Shown here piece after piece: positions 26,070-38,560 of a stretch of 64,000 nucleotides of DNA. The notes beneath the pieces were generated by a model that searched no databases, was not told the DNA's origin, and saw only the letters and a program-made list of their open reading frames with translations. Origin of the DNA: Camelus ferus. Taxonomy: Eukaryota. A program made the position numbers and the translations under genes. Each line of letters opens with the position of its first letter. The first letter of the stretch is position 1. The stretch is taken from positions 84,880,001 to 84,944,000 of the forward strand of contig NC_045697.1 of assembly GCF_009834535.1 (NCBI RefSeq). Direction: 5' to 3'.

Positions 26070-26433
26070 CTATACTACTAACTGCAGCAAACAGTCCTAC
26101 AGCCCCTGTAGTAATTGGCCTCAAATGGCCAGGACTTCATAAATAACTGACAGCTTCTCTAATTTTTGCCCTCACTTCCAACTTAGGACCAACTGAAGAA
26201 GGCCAAATATGCTCCCCTAACCAATTACACAGGATGTCTCACTTCTAGTTAGCTTGCCGACAGCTTCCCCTTGCCAACAGTCTCCAATCAGGGAATACCT
26301 AAAGCTTTGCCTTTTTTCCACTTCAAAGTTCTCCCAACTCTGCCTGCTTCTGAGTCTGTGCTAAACACAAGTAATGTTTACTCCTCCTTTGCTGTAGCAA
26401 ACTCTGAATAAATACTCTTTGCTTATTTTCATC
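26070..26433 (+). mobile_element. ERV1 LTR, MER31-like
   Basis: ggccaggact...cttccaacttaggaccaac...ggccaaatatgctcccc...ctccaatcaggg...tagcaaactctgaataaa (poly(A) signal). Confidence 0.75.
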
Positions 26434-26434
26434 A

Positions 26435-26927
26435 ACTTGCTGGAGTCTCTGTGTGGATAAGTCTGAGAGTTAAAAACTCCAGGAGGAGTCAGTCATTGGA
26501 GGGTCTCTACACTTCTGTGAGTTTTACCTCCAGGATTTCAACAAAGTTCTTACAGTAAATATTGGAGAAAAATCACCCGTGCTTTTGGCACAGGGAAAGG
26601 AAAAGAAACCATTTTGAAATACACCAGAGCATTCTCCTCTTCTCATACAAGTTCTGCCCTCAGGAGAAACTTGGCAACCAGAGGCTAACCTGCTAGGGTT
26701 GTATCAGAACCTAACTGACCTGGAGGATGGGAAATTTGCAACTCCAGCCAGCTCTAGCCTTCCATATGGGTGAAAGAAAACACACAGCTCTAGCCCCCTG
26801 TAGCCATCCTGTCCCACCTAAGGGGAAAGGGAATGGGACTGAGATGCACTTGTAAAGTTCATAGTCTGGGGGCATGGGCTCACTAAAAGACTGAGATTAG
26901 AATACTTCCTCCCCACTCCCCCCACCA

Positions 26928-26976
<49 letters not shown>

Positions 26977-27575
26977 TACTACTACTAAAGGCATAGTCAA
27001 AGCAATTCTGTTTGCTTCGTATATTATATCTAGCTATCAAGAAAAACTTACAAGACATACTAAAAAGCAAGAAATGCAATTTGAAGTGACAGAGGAAGCA
27101 TCAGAACAAAACATGGCAGGGACATTGGAATTATCAGCCTGGGAATTTAAGACAATCATGATTTATTAGCATATTAGTATTAATAGGAGAAGAGTTCTAA
27201 TGGATAGATAAAGTAGACAACTTGCAAGAACAGTTGGGCAGTGTAACTAGAGAATGAAAATCCTAAGGGAAAAAAAAAGAAATATTAGAGATTAAAAACA
27301 CTGTAAGAGAAATGAAGAATGCTTTTAATGATCTTCCCGTCATAGCTGAGGAAAGAATCTTTGAGTTAGAGGATATCTCAATGGAAACTTCCAAAAGGAC
27401 TTTGAATGACTGTATGTGTCAGTGTTGGTTAATCAATTGTAACAAAATGTACCACTCTGACGGGGATGTTGGTAATAGGGGAGGCTATGAATGAGTAGGG
27501 TTAGGAATTATATAGGAAATACCTGTACTTTCTGCTCAGTTTGGTTATGAACCTAAAGCTGCTCTAAAATATAAA
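26435..27575 (+). mobile_element. L1MC-type element: 5' region and ORF1 start joined to the 3' terminus
   Basis: The degraded ORF1 N-terminus (…EMKNAFND…AEERIFELEDISMETSK) runs to about 27396. It is followed at once by an L1MC 3' end (aattgtaacaaaatgtaccactctg...gaacctaaagctgctctaaaa). Confidence 0.75.
26929..26974. repeat. (AC)n microsatellite
   Basis: Seen directly, inside the L1. Confidence 0.95.
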
Positions 27576-27665
27576 GTGTGTGTGTGTGTGTATGTTGTAT
27601 GTATATATGTATATATATATGTATATATATATGCAACATACACACACACATACATATGTATATAT
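27576..27665. repeat. Compound (TG)n/(TA)n/(CA)n microsatellite at the L1 tail
   Basis: Seen directly. Confidence 0.9.
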
Positions 27666-28289
27666 TCTCTGTCTACTAATTCAGCTCTTACACAGATATT
27701 TTTCTTCACTTTATCTACAGAATTATTTATTGAGGAAATTATTGTTTTTACCCTAGGATATCTCTTTAGTGCCTTATTAGCATATTGGTAAGTGTTTGTT
27801 ATTTTTGTAATCAAAATGTCATCTGTCTCTTCAGCAGCTGTTTTTACCAGCTGTGCACTTGTATTTTGTTGCCTTCTTCAGTTCCTGGTTATGGGCTCCC
27901 TTGGGCTTCTTTAGGTGGTCTCGATTTTTGATAGATCACTGAGGTGTGGGTCCATCAGCCTCTGGCAGGCCAGGATGAAGAGGAACATTCATGCAGAACT
28001 GAAAGCCACCTTCTCCAGGTATCCAGACATTTCCTTTCAGGATGACACCCTGTTTTTAACTGGGGAACCCTGATGCCAGCCTTAGGTTACTCCATTCCAA
28101 GAAAACAACAACAAAAATCAATTCTGTCTACCACTACCTGGAGTTCCACGTAGTCCAACATCACACTTGCCCCTAAACTCTATGACTCAGGTTAGATTGG
28201 TTGAAAATCAAAGAAAGGGGTATAATTTTCCATAATCTATATTGTGGGAATCCTTTTTTCTATAAGCAACAGTAGATTGGATATGTATA

Positions 28290-28730
28290 AATCACAGATT
28301 GCATATCTCCCTCATTCTTTCAGGCTTTTTTATGTACAGTATCACTGCTTTCTTCGTAATAAACACAGTGCCAGGGTACACTTAGAGGGAGAAGAGCCCA
28401 ATATTAATAAGCAGTTCAACCTCTTTTCCTTCTTTTTCTTCTGCTCAGCATCGTCAGCAGGTTACTTTCAGCCTTACAAATGAGCTGTTTAAAAGGCAGG
28501 AAGAAAGGAGTGGTGGGAGATAATGGTTCTTCTCTTCTCAAGTAAAAATCCTTTCCTGGAAGATACCTTCTAGCTCATTGGTCAGAATAGGCTCACATGA
28601 TCAGCCTTAGCTGCAAGGGAGCGTAGGAAGTGGGTGGTTCATATTTTTAACATTTATCAGGTGAGACAGGCAGGTTCTACACTAAAGGGGGAAGGGAACG
28701 GAAGGGAATTGCTGTTAGAGTAGGCTTGCT
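28290..28730 (-). mobile_element. ERVL LTR33-related fragment
   Basis: ctcattggtcagaataggctcacatgatcagccttagctgcaagggagcgtaggaagtg is the characteristic antisense LTR33-type motif. Confidence 0.55.
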
Positions 28731-29727
28731 GTGTTCCCAGAAGGCTGTTGAAAGTTAGGTCTTGAGTAGGAAAACACATGTTCCTGGCTATCAGAGAAAT
28801 CTGCTTTCTTTCATGGTTGCCTCCCTCAGTTTGGTGCAGTGTCCACCTGTATGTGTCATATTCAGGACAGAGACTGTCATTTTCCCAGAATCTCTTGTCC
28901 TGCTGTTCTGACTCAGGGCTTAATAGTACTTTTGTGCCTGAAAATTCCTCTTAAGATCTGGCATATCTTTTATCAACAGTCCTATTTCCTACCACTGTTA
29001 CAGATTTATATCTGTGTTTGAGATTGCATAAGATTTTCATGGGAAAATTGATAAAGGATTAGGAAGTGGTTGCTGAATCATTTCATCTTAACCTCAATTC
29101 TCTACATTATCTTGAGATATTTTTCAGTGTACAAAAACAAAGTCTAATTGACAGTCAAAATCCTGGCTGCTCTGAATTGTTAATGAGCAAGATAATAATA
29201 GGTCTTACTTTTTGCATTGATATTTTTTTCTCTAAAAATTTCTGCTGATTTTTCCCTTTAATGTTAGGTTATGAATTTATGCTACACTTGATCATGTGAC
29301 CTAAGGTGGCTGCATATGATCTGATTCTAGAGGGAGCAGGAAAGGCAGGTCAGGATAGTAAAGCAAGACAGAGGAATTCTGTACAAAAGTACTGAACTAT
29401 GTAAAAAATACTAAGTGTAGAGCAAATGAGCACAGTTTTACACGGTTAGCATGAAGTTAGGAGTCTTGTGATTGTTTGGCCAAGCCATGAAAACCCTTCT
29501 ATTCCAAATGAGGTTTTTATTTTGTTATGATGAGATATTTTGGGGAAGGTGGGAGTAAAATAAAGGAAACTATATCATATAATAGTACAGATAATATTTA
29601 TTTAAATCCTTCATATGATGTAACATTGTCCTAGTACTTAAGAGGTCCAGCATTCTTTATAGCCTGATATATTTATTTAGATAAGCTGTATTCTCCAGGC
29701 AGAAAACATTCTGATGTCTCATGTCTT

Positions 29728-29876
29728 ATCACTCAAAATACAGTTCATGGACTAGCAGCCTCTGTACCACCTGGGAGTTAATTAGAAATGCAGAGTCTTA
29801 GGCTGTACCCCTAATATCAGACCTGCTCAATCCAAATCTCATTGTGCCAAGATCCCAGGTGTTTGAGAAGCACTGA
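29728..29876. mobile_element. MER5A (hAT-Charlie)
   Basis: ggactagcagc...cacctgggagttaattagaaatgcagagtcttaggc...aagatcccaggtg...tttgagaagcactg. Confidence 0.8.
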
Positions 29877-32734
29877 CATAGTGTCTGAAAGTGGGGAGAG
29901 AGTGAATGTGAGGAAGGTAAAAACTAACCATCATTTTGGCAAACTATGGTGCTGATGAGTTTTTCCTTTCTGTATTACTTTCAGGCTCAGCTTTATTTGC
30001 TGATAGAATTACACACATTAAAAAGCCTTCCATGTCCTTCTTTCTACCAATGACTTCATCCAGGGCCTGAATTCTAATTTTTAGAAGCACTTCTTTATAG
30101 TTAAGTGTGAACAGAGGTTAAAACATTACTCTTACTGAATTAAGTAATACATTATCCTATTTACACAAAAGGAAAGACTTGTGCTAGTTTTTGTGTGTGC
30201 ATTTGTGTTTAAATGAAGCAGGGCCCAAGGAAATTGGAATAGAAAGTTTGCATCTGGTGAAGGGATAAATCTGAACCATGAAGCATGACCATGGGGACGA
30301 TGCCCATGGGGGCCCCAGAAGAGCCTCGGGAAATTGAGGGAAGTTCCAAACAAGAGAGTTAGAAAAGACAGATTAAAAGTAAAGTTTACTTAGGATCAGT
30401 CCCAACAAACTTATCTACTTAATGTATATAAATTGTTCAAATAACAATCTTGGCAACTCTTTCCTGAGACAAATATGACTTGCAATCTTCCAGCTTGAAT
30501 TCCTGAAGCATTAAACAGAGCATCCAGTTTCAGAAAATTCTTTCATCAAAATGGAATATCTGAAATGTTTTTTATTTCATTTTGGTTCTGTACCAGAATG
30601 AAGCTTTAAGATTACTCTATAAATAGACACATGGAAAATTAGATGTCTCAATGACAGCTTTGACTAAACCTAATTTTTAAAAAAAATTGTTACGAACTAA
30701 TTTAAAATCTTAGAAACAAGCTGTATTTTTACATTTCAGCAGTAAGCAATATTGAAGCATCTGCATTATGATTTTACTTTACATAAATAACTTTTTAAAG
30801 TCTATCCTTTTTTTTTTTTCACTAAAAGAGATGACAATTTTAAATACTGTTCAGAGACAGGAAATGAATACTGCCATCTCTTAGTGTTTGTTATGTGCCA
30901 GCTCTGACCCTAAGATGCTCAAGATAAATACTTTAGGAGGAATAGGAGTTATTTCAGAGCATTTTCACATGAAAATTATTCTAAAGAAAATGTGCTCAGA
31001 AATTTTGAAATGAACCCCTAGCTAAGTTCTCCCTCCTCCCCACGCCTCACAAGCACAGAGACAGAGTAGGTTGAGTTCATACCTGCGTTTATATCTACAT
31101 TAATTCCTGCCTTTCTCTGAAGACTTAAGCAGGTAACTTAACAGATTTTGTTCTCCTGTTGTCTGAAAACTGGATCCTGAAAATAACTGTCTGATACAAA
31201 TTTTGTTAAGCACTTTGAAAAGTATAGAACTCTATTATTAATGTAAATATCTGACTAGTGCTGCAAATAGTAGAGAGGATATTTTTGGTACCAAGAAATG
31301 ATGCTTTGCTAAGCTCATCCAAAATTATTTTCAAATAGTTTGTCATGCTAGGAGATAAATACTCAGAACAGGAGGACTTGAGAATGAGTCTTCATCTAAT
31401 TTCTTTTTTTCTTAATATGTATAAAAACTCACCTGTAGACTAGGTATGCTCATATGTTTTGGCCTTGCTCAGTTGTTACACTTACATACATATGTTATTT
31501 TATACACTCACATGCACACACACACACACAGACTGGTTTGGGTTATTTTTCTTTGTTTTAGTTTTATTTAAAAAATTTTTTGTTTGCTTTAGTTTTAAAT
31601 TTCAAAAGTTTTAAAGTTTTATGTATCTGAAAGTCTTTAATTGACCTAAATTAAGAATTGTTCCTTAAGCAATTTACTTTGAAGTAGTCATTCAAAGTCA
31701 AATGAGTTGAAATATGATAGCAGATATAGATCAGAAGACTCTTTGGAGGTCCAAACTCTCCCACTGAGGGCTCAGGAGAAAGAGACATTTAAAATAAATA
31801 AATAAACAAACAAAATGCTTTGTTTTCAGAGCACAGTCACTGTTCATTTTGATATCTCAAAGTAAACATCTTATCATTCCTATGCATTATTCAAACGTGG
31901 AAAGATGAGTGTCTGCATACATAATCAAATGGTCTGCACTGGATAAAATCTGGACTCATTTAATAAACTAGAGTAGAGCAGTCTTTATAGCTTTCCCCTC
32001 ATTTTCTCTAATTGGAGAGAAATTTACATATAATCACAGTTGCTGCATGAGATAGGAGAAATCTATTTTAATCATTTAATATTTCATTTTAAAAGCCGAG
32101 TATTAACAACTTTCAAACATCTATAGACCTATAATTAAAAATTACCATTATTCACATGATATTCAAAGTATTACAGAAATCATACTGTGGTATGCTATTC
32201 AAATTGTCTATTGCATTATATTACATGTATTCCATATTATTGTTTTGTCTCTGTTTTAGTTTTCACACCAAACTAAAATTCTTTCTTTTCTCAATATATA
32301 CTTGGGACTGTTACTAAATTTTGAGGTTGGTATTAAGACTTTAAAGATTATTTGTTTAATAAAGATATTGTTACACATTTTAAATAACTTTTCTTTTTAA
32401 TTTAAAAGTTGAGCTTCTTTGTTGGATCAGACTCAACAGTCACAGATATTACTGGTATTGTGTGGTTATTATGGAAAACTTACTTGAAATGAAGAATTTA
32501 GGCTTTCTAAATTTATGAAAGGAATTACTTGTTTTCTGAACTTTTCTTTAATTTTGGGGTTCCTCAATGGCATAAATGTTCACAAAATAATATCAGAATT
32601 CTGCTTCCTGTATCACATTGTTTGGTTCATTTTATACGTGGCTGTCTTCTGATAGGAGACCATAAAGGTTTCAAAGGCAGGCAATATGCTTTATTTCCCC
32701 AGTTTCTAATATTATCCAATATACAATATATATG

Positions 32735-32985
32735 CATATAATCTTCTTAATCCAATTGTCTGTTGATGGGTTGCTTCCATGTCTTAACTATTGTAAATAG
32801 TGCTGCTATGAACATTGGGTTGCATGTATCTTTTCAATTAGTGTTTTTATTTTTTTCCGTATGTATACCTAGGAGTGGAATTACAAGATAACTCTATTTT
32901 GTTTTTTAAGGAACATCCATATTTTTCTCTGTAGTGACTACACCAACTTGTATTCCTACCAACAATGTAGGAGGGTTTCCTTTTC
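32735..32985 (-). mobile_element. L1 ORF2 C-terminal fragment
   Basis: ttgcttccatgtcttaactattgtaaatagtgctgctatgaacattggg...cctaggagtggaatt...cctaccaacaatgtaggagggtttccttttct. Confidence 0.85.
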
Positions 32986-35419
32986 TGGATGTGGATATTT
33001 TTGAAATGTCTAAGCATAGATGTTAATTGGATGTGTCTTCTTTTGTCAAATTTGATGAAGTTATTAAAATTTGTGTACTGGAGTTTATTCTAGAGTTCTC
33101 AAAGATGGAGAAGCAGCAGCCTCAGAGAGCAGTGTACACTTTGCACAGTTAACTCTTCCCCACAATATCAACTAGTAGAAAGAAGCATTGTGTTTCAGTC
33201 AAAGGACATTTCTCCATACAGTGTTCCTAATCAACTGAAGATCTAGATAGGGAACCCCCAAATTATAGTTAAAATGAGACTTTCTAAGTGCAGTCTAGAA
33301 GCTCAGAATAAGAACTAAAGAGTCATGCCACATAGATTCCAGTTTTATTTCTTATATGAAAGGATTCAAAAATCTCTACTCTAATGTTTATAACTCCAAG
33401 CTGATGTAAGACTCTCTTCTGCCATCCCAAGAGATCATTATTATTTTATTCCAAAATATTATAATTATTTCAGGCTTACTACAAATATTAGATCTTAAAG
33501 TACATAGATTATTTAACACTATTCTTTGTATAATTATAGTTTCATTTTGAAAAAGTTTTATAATAATAAGGGGAACTGCAAATTTAATTATGTGCAATGT
33601 GTAAGGAAAATAATGAATACTAAATCAGTTTCTACAAATGACATCTATAAGAATGTGAATTTTCAGCAAATAAGGGGGAAAATGTAGGAAATAGGGTATG
33701 TTAAGTAACTTTTTGGCAGGAAAATTGTTCCTATTTTTTCAAAGCCTTTTAATTGTTTTAGATCTTTGGAGCAAATTTTTGAAGTGATTTGTAATGTATA
33801 TATTACACCACATCTTTTTTCCCCACAGATTTAATGTTTCCTCTTCATTTCCCCCTAGTTTCATGGTTCTTCATGAGCCACATGTACTTCTTCAAAGAAA
33901 GAAAAACAATTTTGCCCGCTTGGTGGAAATCTGCCTGAGGCTTTGGTATTCACAGCACAGCTTGTCTTACCTTTTACTGAGCTGGGAAAAAGTCAGGAAT
34001 GTTTCATCATTTTACCATTAAAACACTTCTGGTTCAAAAGTTCTGAGATCAAGTAGAGTTATATATTTTCTTGCTCTTCCAACGACAAAGGAAATAGGAA
34101 GACGTCAAAATTTACTTCTGTTTGCAAACAGTCATACTGCTTTGTGGTACCTCATTGATGACTGACTGGCTAAATTCCTTTGTAAGTGACTTTAGGTATT
34201 ATAAGTGGCAAATTGTAAAAAGCATTGCGAAAAATTAACTTCTGTTTTCAGGTCAATTTTTCTTTAATCTCTGGTCTGTGACTTCGATTTAGACATAGAA
34301 GCAGCAGGTTTAGCATAAAGATACTCTTAATGTAGAAGGAGACACATGAGTGTCTCATTAGAATACTAATGTTCAGGAATCCTCACAGCGTTAGCAAAGT
34401 TAATGGTTGCCCTCGGAACCGAGCCTGCTGGGGTGATGGCTCACATGCAAAGGACTCCACGTTGACAAAACTGATAAAGTCAACAGTATCAAATATTCAC
34501 AAAATGACTACACAAATCCTACGAGCAATGTATTTAGAGAGATTTAGCTGTAAGGAAATTTACTTCAGTTTGCTTGTAAAACAAATTTTGCTTTCTAACG
34601 CATATTCCAATAAGCCCATCATATAAATTGACGCATGCCTTGTACTTAGGGTATAAGGGAAATAATTTACCCGAGTAATAACTTCCATTTTATTGTAATC
34701 CTAAGTTTTGTAAACATATGACCTATCAAAAAAGGAAACTGACTTGGTTTCTCAAAGTCATGAGTCTCAGTATGAGTTTTGTCACATCCAAAGCCTGACA
34801 TCCATGTGTCAGTCAAGGTAACAACAGTCCCACTCCCAGAGTATTTTATTTCATGGGACTGTCAAGATTTAGGGCACTTTGTCTCTAGCATTGGCTAGTA
34901 CCACTTTAAAGCTGTATATAAATCTAAGAACAAAAGTAATTGTTTAGAAAACTGAATTTGTAAATTGAGGCAATCCAATTCCAATAATCTGTAGTTTTTC
35001 CTAATGAATATACATAAATATCTATAAATTTAACTGTCTTGAATATGAGTACAAGTGATTGTATTTGCTAGTGGATAGGACCAATATTAGGACCAAAAAA
35101 AAAAAAAAAGAAACTAGTAGCCTTTCATACCACATTCCTCAAGTGAGCTGCTATTAATGACTGTTGAGTTTTGGGAAACACAGTCTACAGAGAAGAGCTT
35201 GGTGTCTTCTCTTCTCTTTACCACATACAAAACTGGAGTTTGTTTTGGGAAAAGATGGGGGCACATTGGCCGGCATAAAGGAGGACACAAAAGTGTGATG
35301 TGTAATTGGGTAAGGTTATGATTTCATCTATTGAAATCTACTTAGCTACTCTGCCTACTATACGGCCATTTCTACATGTTGGGGTGGTGGGAATTAGCAT
35401 TTCAGATACAGAGATTTAA

Positions 35420-35850
35420 GCTACTTTTCCTGCTATCAAGAAACTTGGGCTCAGGTTGGAATGAAGACAAGTAAACCAATCATCATGTACAGAGCTGTAA
35501 GTGAAAAAGTTAAGGCAAACACTAAGAGCTGTGTGCACATGTAGGGAGAAGGTTCAGGGAAGATTATCTAGAGATGGAGGCATTTAAACCAAGTTTTATT
35601 ATTAGTTAGGAACAAGCTATATTAAGAAATGGAGGCAGGTGGCATCCAGGTAGTAAAAGCAGCATGGGAAAATTCAAAGAAGTATGAGGGAATCATGGAA
35701 TATTTGATGAGCTTCAAATAATCACAGCATAAAGTGTGGTGTAGGAAGAAGCAAGAGCTGCAGGTATTAGAGAAGCTCAATGATGACAGGTTTTGTATGT
35801 CATGCTAAGAACTTCAGATTTTATCCCAGAGGTGATGGGGAACTTTTGAT
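35420..35850 (-). mobile_element. L2 fragment
   Basis: ttcagggaagattatctagagatgg...tgtatgtcatgctaagaacttcagattttatcccagaggtgatggggaac. Confidence 0.6.
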
Positions 35851-35862
35851 GATCATTTTGAA

Positions 35863-36125
35863 TTTTCTTTCTTCCTTCCTTCCTTCCTTCCTTCCTTCCC
35901 TTCCCTTCCCTTCCCTTCCCTTTCCTTTCCTTCCCATCCCTTCCCTTCCCTTTCCTTCCCTTCCCTTCCTTTCTCTTCCCTTTCCTTTCCTTTTCTTTCT
36001 TTTCTTTTTCTTTCTTTTCATTATTTTTCTTTCTTTTCTCTCTTTCTTTCTCTTTCTTTCTTCCTTCCTTTCTTCTTTCTTTCTTCCTTCCTTCCTTCCT
36101 TTCTTTCTTTCTTTTCTTTCTTTCT

Positions 36126-36161
<36 letters not shown>

Positions 36162-36273
36162 TTTCTTTCTTCCTTTCTTCCTTTCTTTCTTTCTTTCTTC
36201 CTTTCTTTCTTCTTTCTTTCTTTCTTTCTTTCTTTCTTTTCTTTCTTTCTTTCTTTCTTTTTTTTTTTTTTCT

Positions 36274-36305
<32 letters not shown>

Positions 36306-36318
36306 TTTCTTTCTTTCT

Positions 36319-36362
<44 letters not shown>

Positions 36363-36469
36363 TCCCCCTCTCTCCCTTCCTTTCTTTCTTTCCCCCCTCT
36401 CCCTTCCTTCCTTTCTTCCTTCCTCCTCTCCTCTCCTTTCCTTTTCCTTCCTTTCCTCTCCTTTCTTTT
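35863..36469. repeat. 607-nt polypyrimidine compound microsatellite (TTCC/CTTCC/TTTC)
   Basis: I count only three purines (all A) on the + strand in this interval. Confidence 0.97.
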
Positions 36470-36744
36470 GCAGTGGGTACTATTCTTCCCTCTGCTTTAT
36501 TTTTTTTTTCTCTCATGATCATTGTAGTGATGATTGAAGACATAACAGTATGTAATTTCACCTGATGGAAATCTGAAGAATGGAGAACAAACAAGTTGTA
36601 GGACAAAATGACATCACTAAACAAAGACTTTTTTTGTTGCTCCTCCCCCCCGACTCTTTTGGAACATTTAAACAAGTAAACATACAAAACTAAATAACTG
36701 TATGAACTATAGTTATTGAGAGCAGGGAGAATTTATAATCATTG

Positions 36745-36960
36745 ATAATAATAATTAGTATTTATTGACTAGCCACAGGCACTGTGCTAAGCATTTTTAC
36801 ATGTATTATCTAATATAATTCTTACTAAAGACTGGTAAATAACTGGTATGATCTCATTTTTCAGATGATGAAACTGGCTTAGAGAAATTAAAAAACTTGC
36901 TCAAGTTCTTACAGTTAGTAGATATTGAAGCTGAGATACAGAGCCTTAGTATGCCTTATT
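36745..36960 (-). mobile_element. MIR
   Basis: tttattgac...caggcactgtgctaagcatttttacatgtattatc...cagatgatgaaactggcttagagaaattaaaaaacttgctcaag. Confidence 0.85.
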
Positions 36961-38114
36961 CAACATCATTACTCACCAAGTTGAACTGTGATATGTGAAG
37001 TAATAGCCACAGTTCTGCCCTATCGATCCCAGCGTCAGCAACTAATGCACTCTTTCTGAAATCTTGATTATTTGCCTTGAAAGTATCTTAATTTTTAAGA
37101 TAGTTATACTTGCTAAACTCTCCCAGGTCTCGTTTTGGTTTAGTTAATACTCTCTCTGCTATTATCTTAAGTGGCTTACAGAGGAGAAGTTAGTATGTGT
37201 GCGTGTATCTGTGTCTGTGTGCGTGCACGTGCACACTAGTTCATACTAAGATCAGGTCCTTGTCCTCACAGATTATATCTAAGCATAGAGGAAAATTATA
37301 GAAGAGATACTAGACTATTTCAGAGTTCTCTAAAGAAAGTGAAAGTATAAGAATAAATCATTACCCTGGGGAGTACTATTTAGACATAAAAAATCTGTAT
37401 TCTTAAAATCCACATTCTTAAGTAATATTTCTATTGCTCATCTGAGCCAGAAATACAATTTTTAAAAGTATTCTGGGTGAAAAAAGTGTGTGTGTGGAAG
37501 GGAGTGAAGTGAAGGTGCCCTTTCCCAAGAAGTTGTGATAATAGTGAAGTGAGGGCCATATGGCCTTCCAGTTTTTGGATGACATTGAGAAGTGCAATGC
37601 AATTTGCAAACAAAATGGCATACATCTTGGAGCAATTAAACTAATCCTTTTTTAATGACTAAGAATGCTATGTCCAAATTCCAAACCATTTCTCCAGAAT
37701 TGATCAATAACAAGTACACGCAGTTAAGCAATGAAAATAAAAGGAAGATGGTAAGAAGTGCATTTAAAAAATATTGTAGTCTACAAACATAGGTTTAAAT
37801 CAGGTCTTCATTAAAAATAATCAAATGCCCCCCCCTTGTAAAGGCAATGAATGGGAATGTTTAAATAAACTATGGCAAATTCTATGACAGGTATTTTTAA
37901 AAATGAGATACTAAGCAAGTGATGATGTGGAAAGACTTCCAGGATATAGTAGGTTAAAAAGGGAGGTCAGAGAATAATTATATAAATTGTCTAATGTGAA
38001 AGAAAGGTCAGAATATTTGGGTTTTAATTATTCTGCCTTTTATGGTTTTTTAAGCTTGATATATTTCTTTTCACAGGCAGCTCCAAAATCTAGCCAGAAT
38101 AGTCTAATTTTGTC

Positions 38115-38190
38115 TCTTTTTAATTGAAATATAGGTGATTTACAATATTGTGTTAGTTTCAGGTGTATAGCATAGTGATTCTTGATTTTT
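38115..38190 (-). mobile_element. Short 3' terminus of a younger laurasiatherian L1
   Basis: ttttaattgaaatataggtgatttacaatattgtgttagtttcaggtgtatagcatagtgattc. Confidence 0.8.
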
Positions 38191-38344
38191 ACCTGGAAAA
38201 TGATGTGCTCCTTCATTCTGCACATGCAGATCTCTTTCAGCTTAGGAACATTTTCTTCTGTCTTCGACTTTTCACTTAACAGAGCATGGTGGGCAATGAG
38301 AAAGTAAGAAATGAACAACACGCATTTGACTTAGAGTTTTACTG

Positions 38345-38560
38345 TAATCGTTGCTAACATTTATTGAGGGTCCTCCACATGCCAGGTTGTTGTAAGTAAA
38401 ACTTATTATGTCCTCACGTGGAACATCTGAAGCACGTATTTTAAGTATCCACATTGTATAGATCTGAAAGTTGAGGCACAGAGAATTTTAACAACTTGCT
38501 CCAGGTGCCCTAGCTTGGAAGAGGAAGAGTCAGGATTTGAACCTAGGTGATTAGACTTGA
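38345..38560 (-). mobile_element. MIR
   Basis: gctaacatttattgagg...tgccagg...gttgaggcacagagaatt...caggatttgaacctagg. Confidence 0.85.

Noticed and set aside
35849..36523. atgatcatt on both sides of the pyrimidine tract as a TSD
   Set aside because: Only 9 bp, offset from the tract ends, and no retroelement body is recognisable.
35780..36687. 261-aa (+) and 288-aa (-) ORFs
   Set aside because: Translations of the TTTC/TTCC microsatellite (F/L/S/P or K/E/R only), which cannot contain stop codons.
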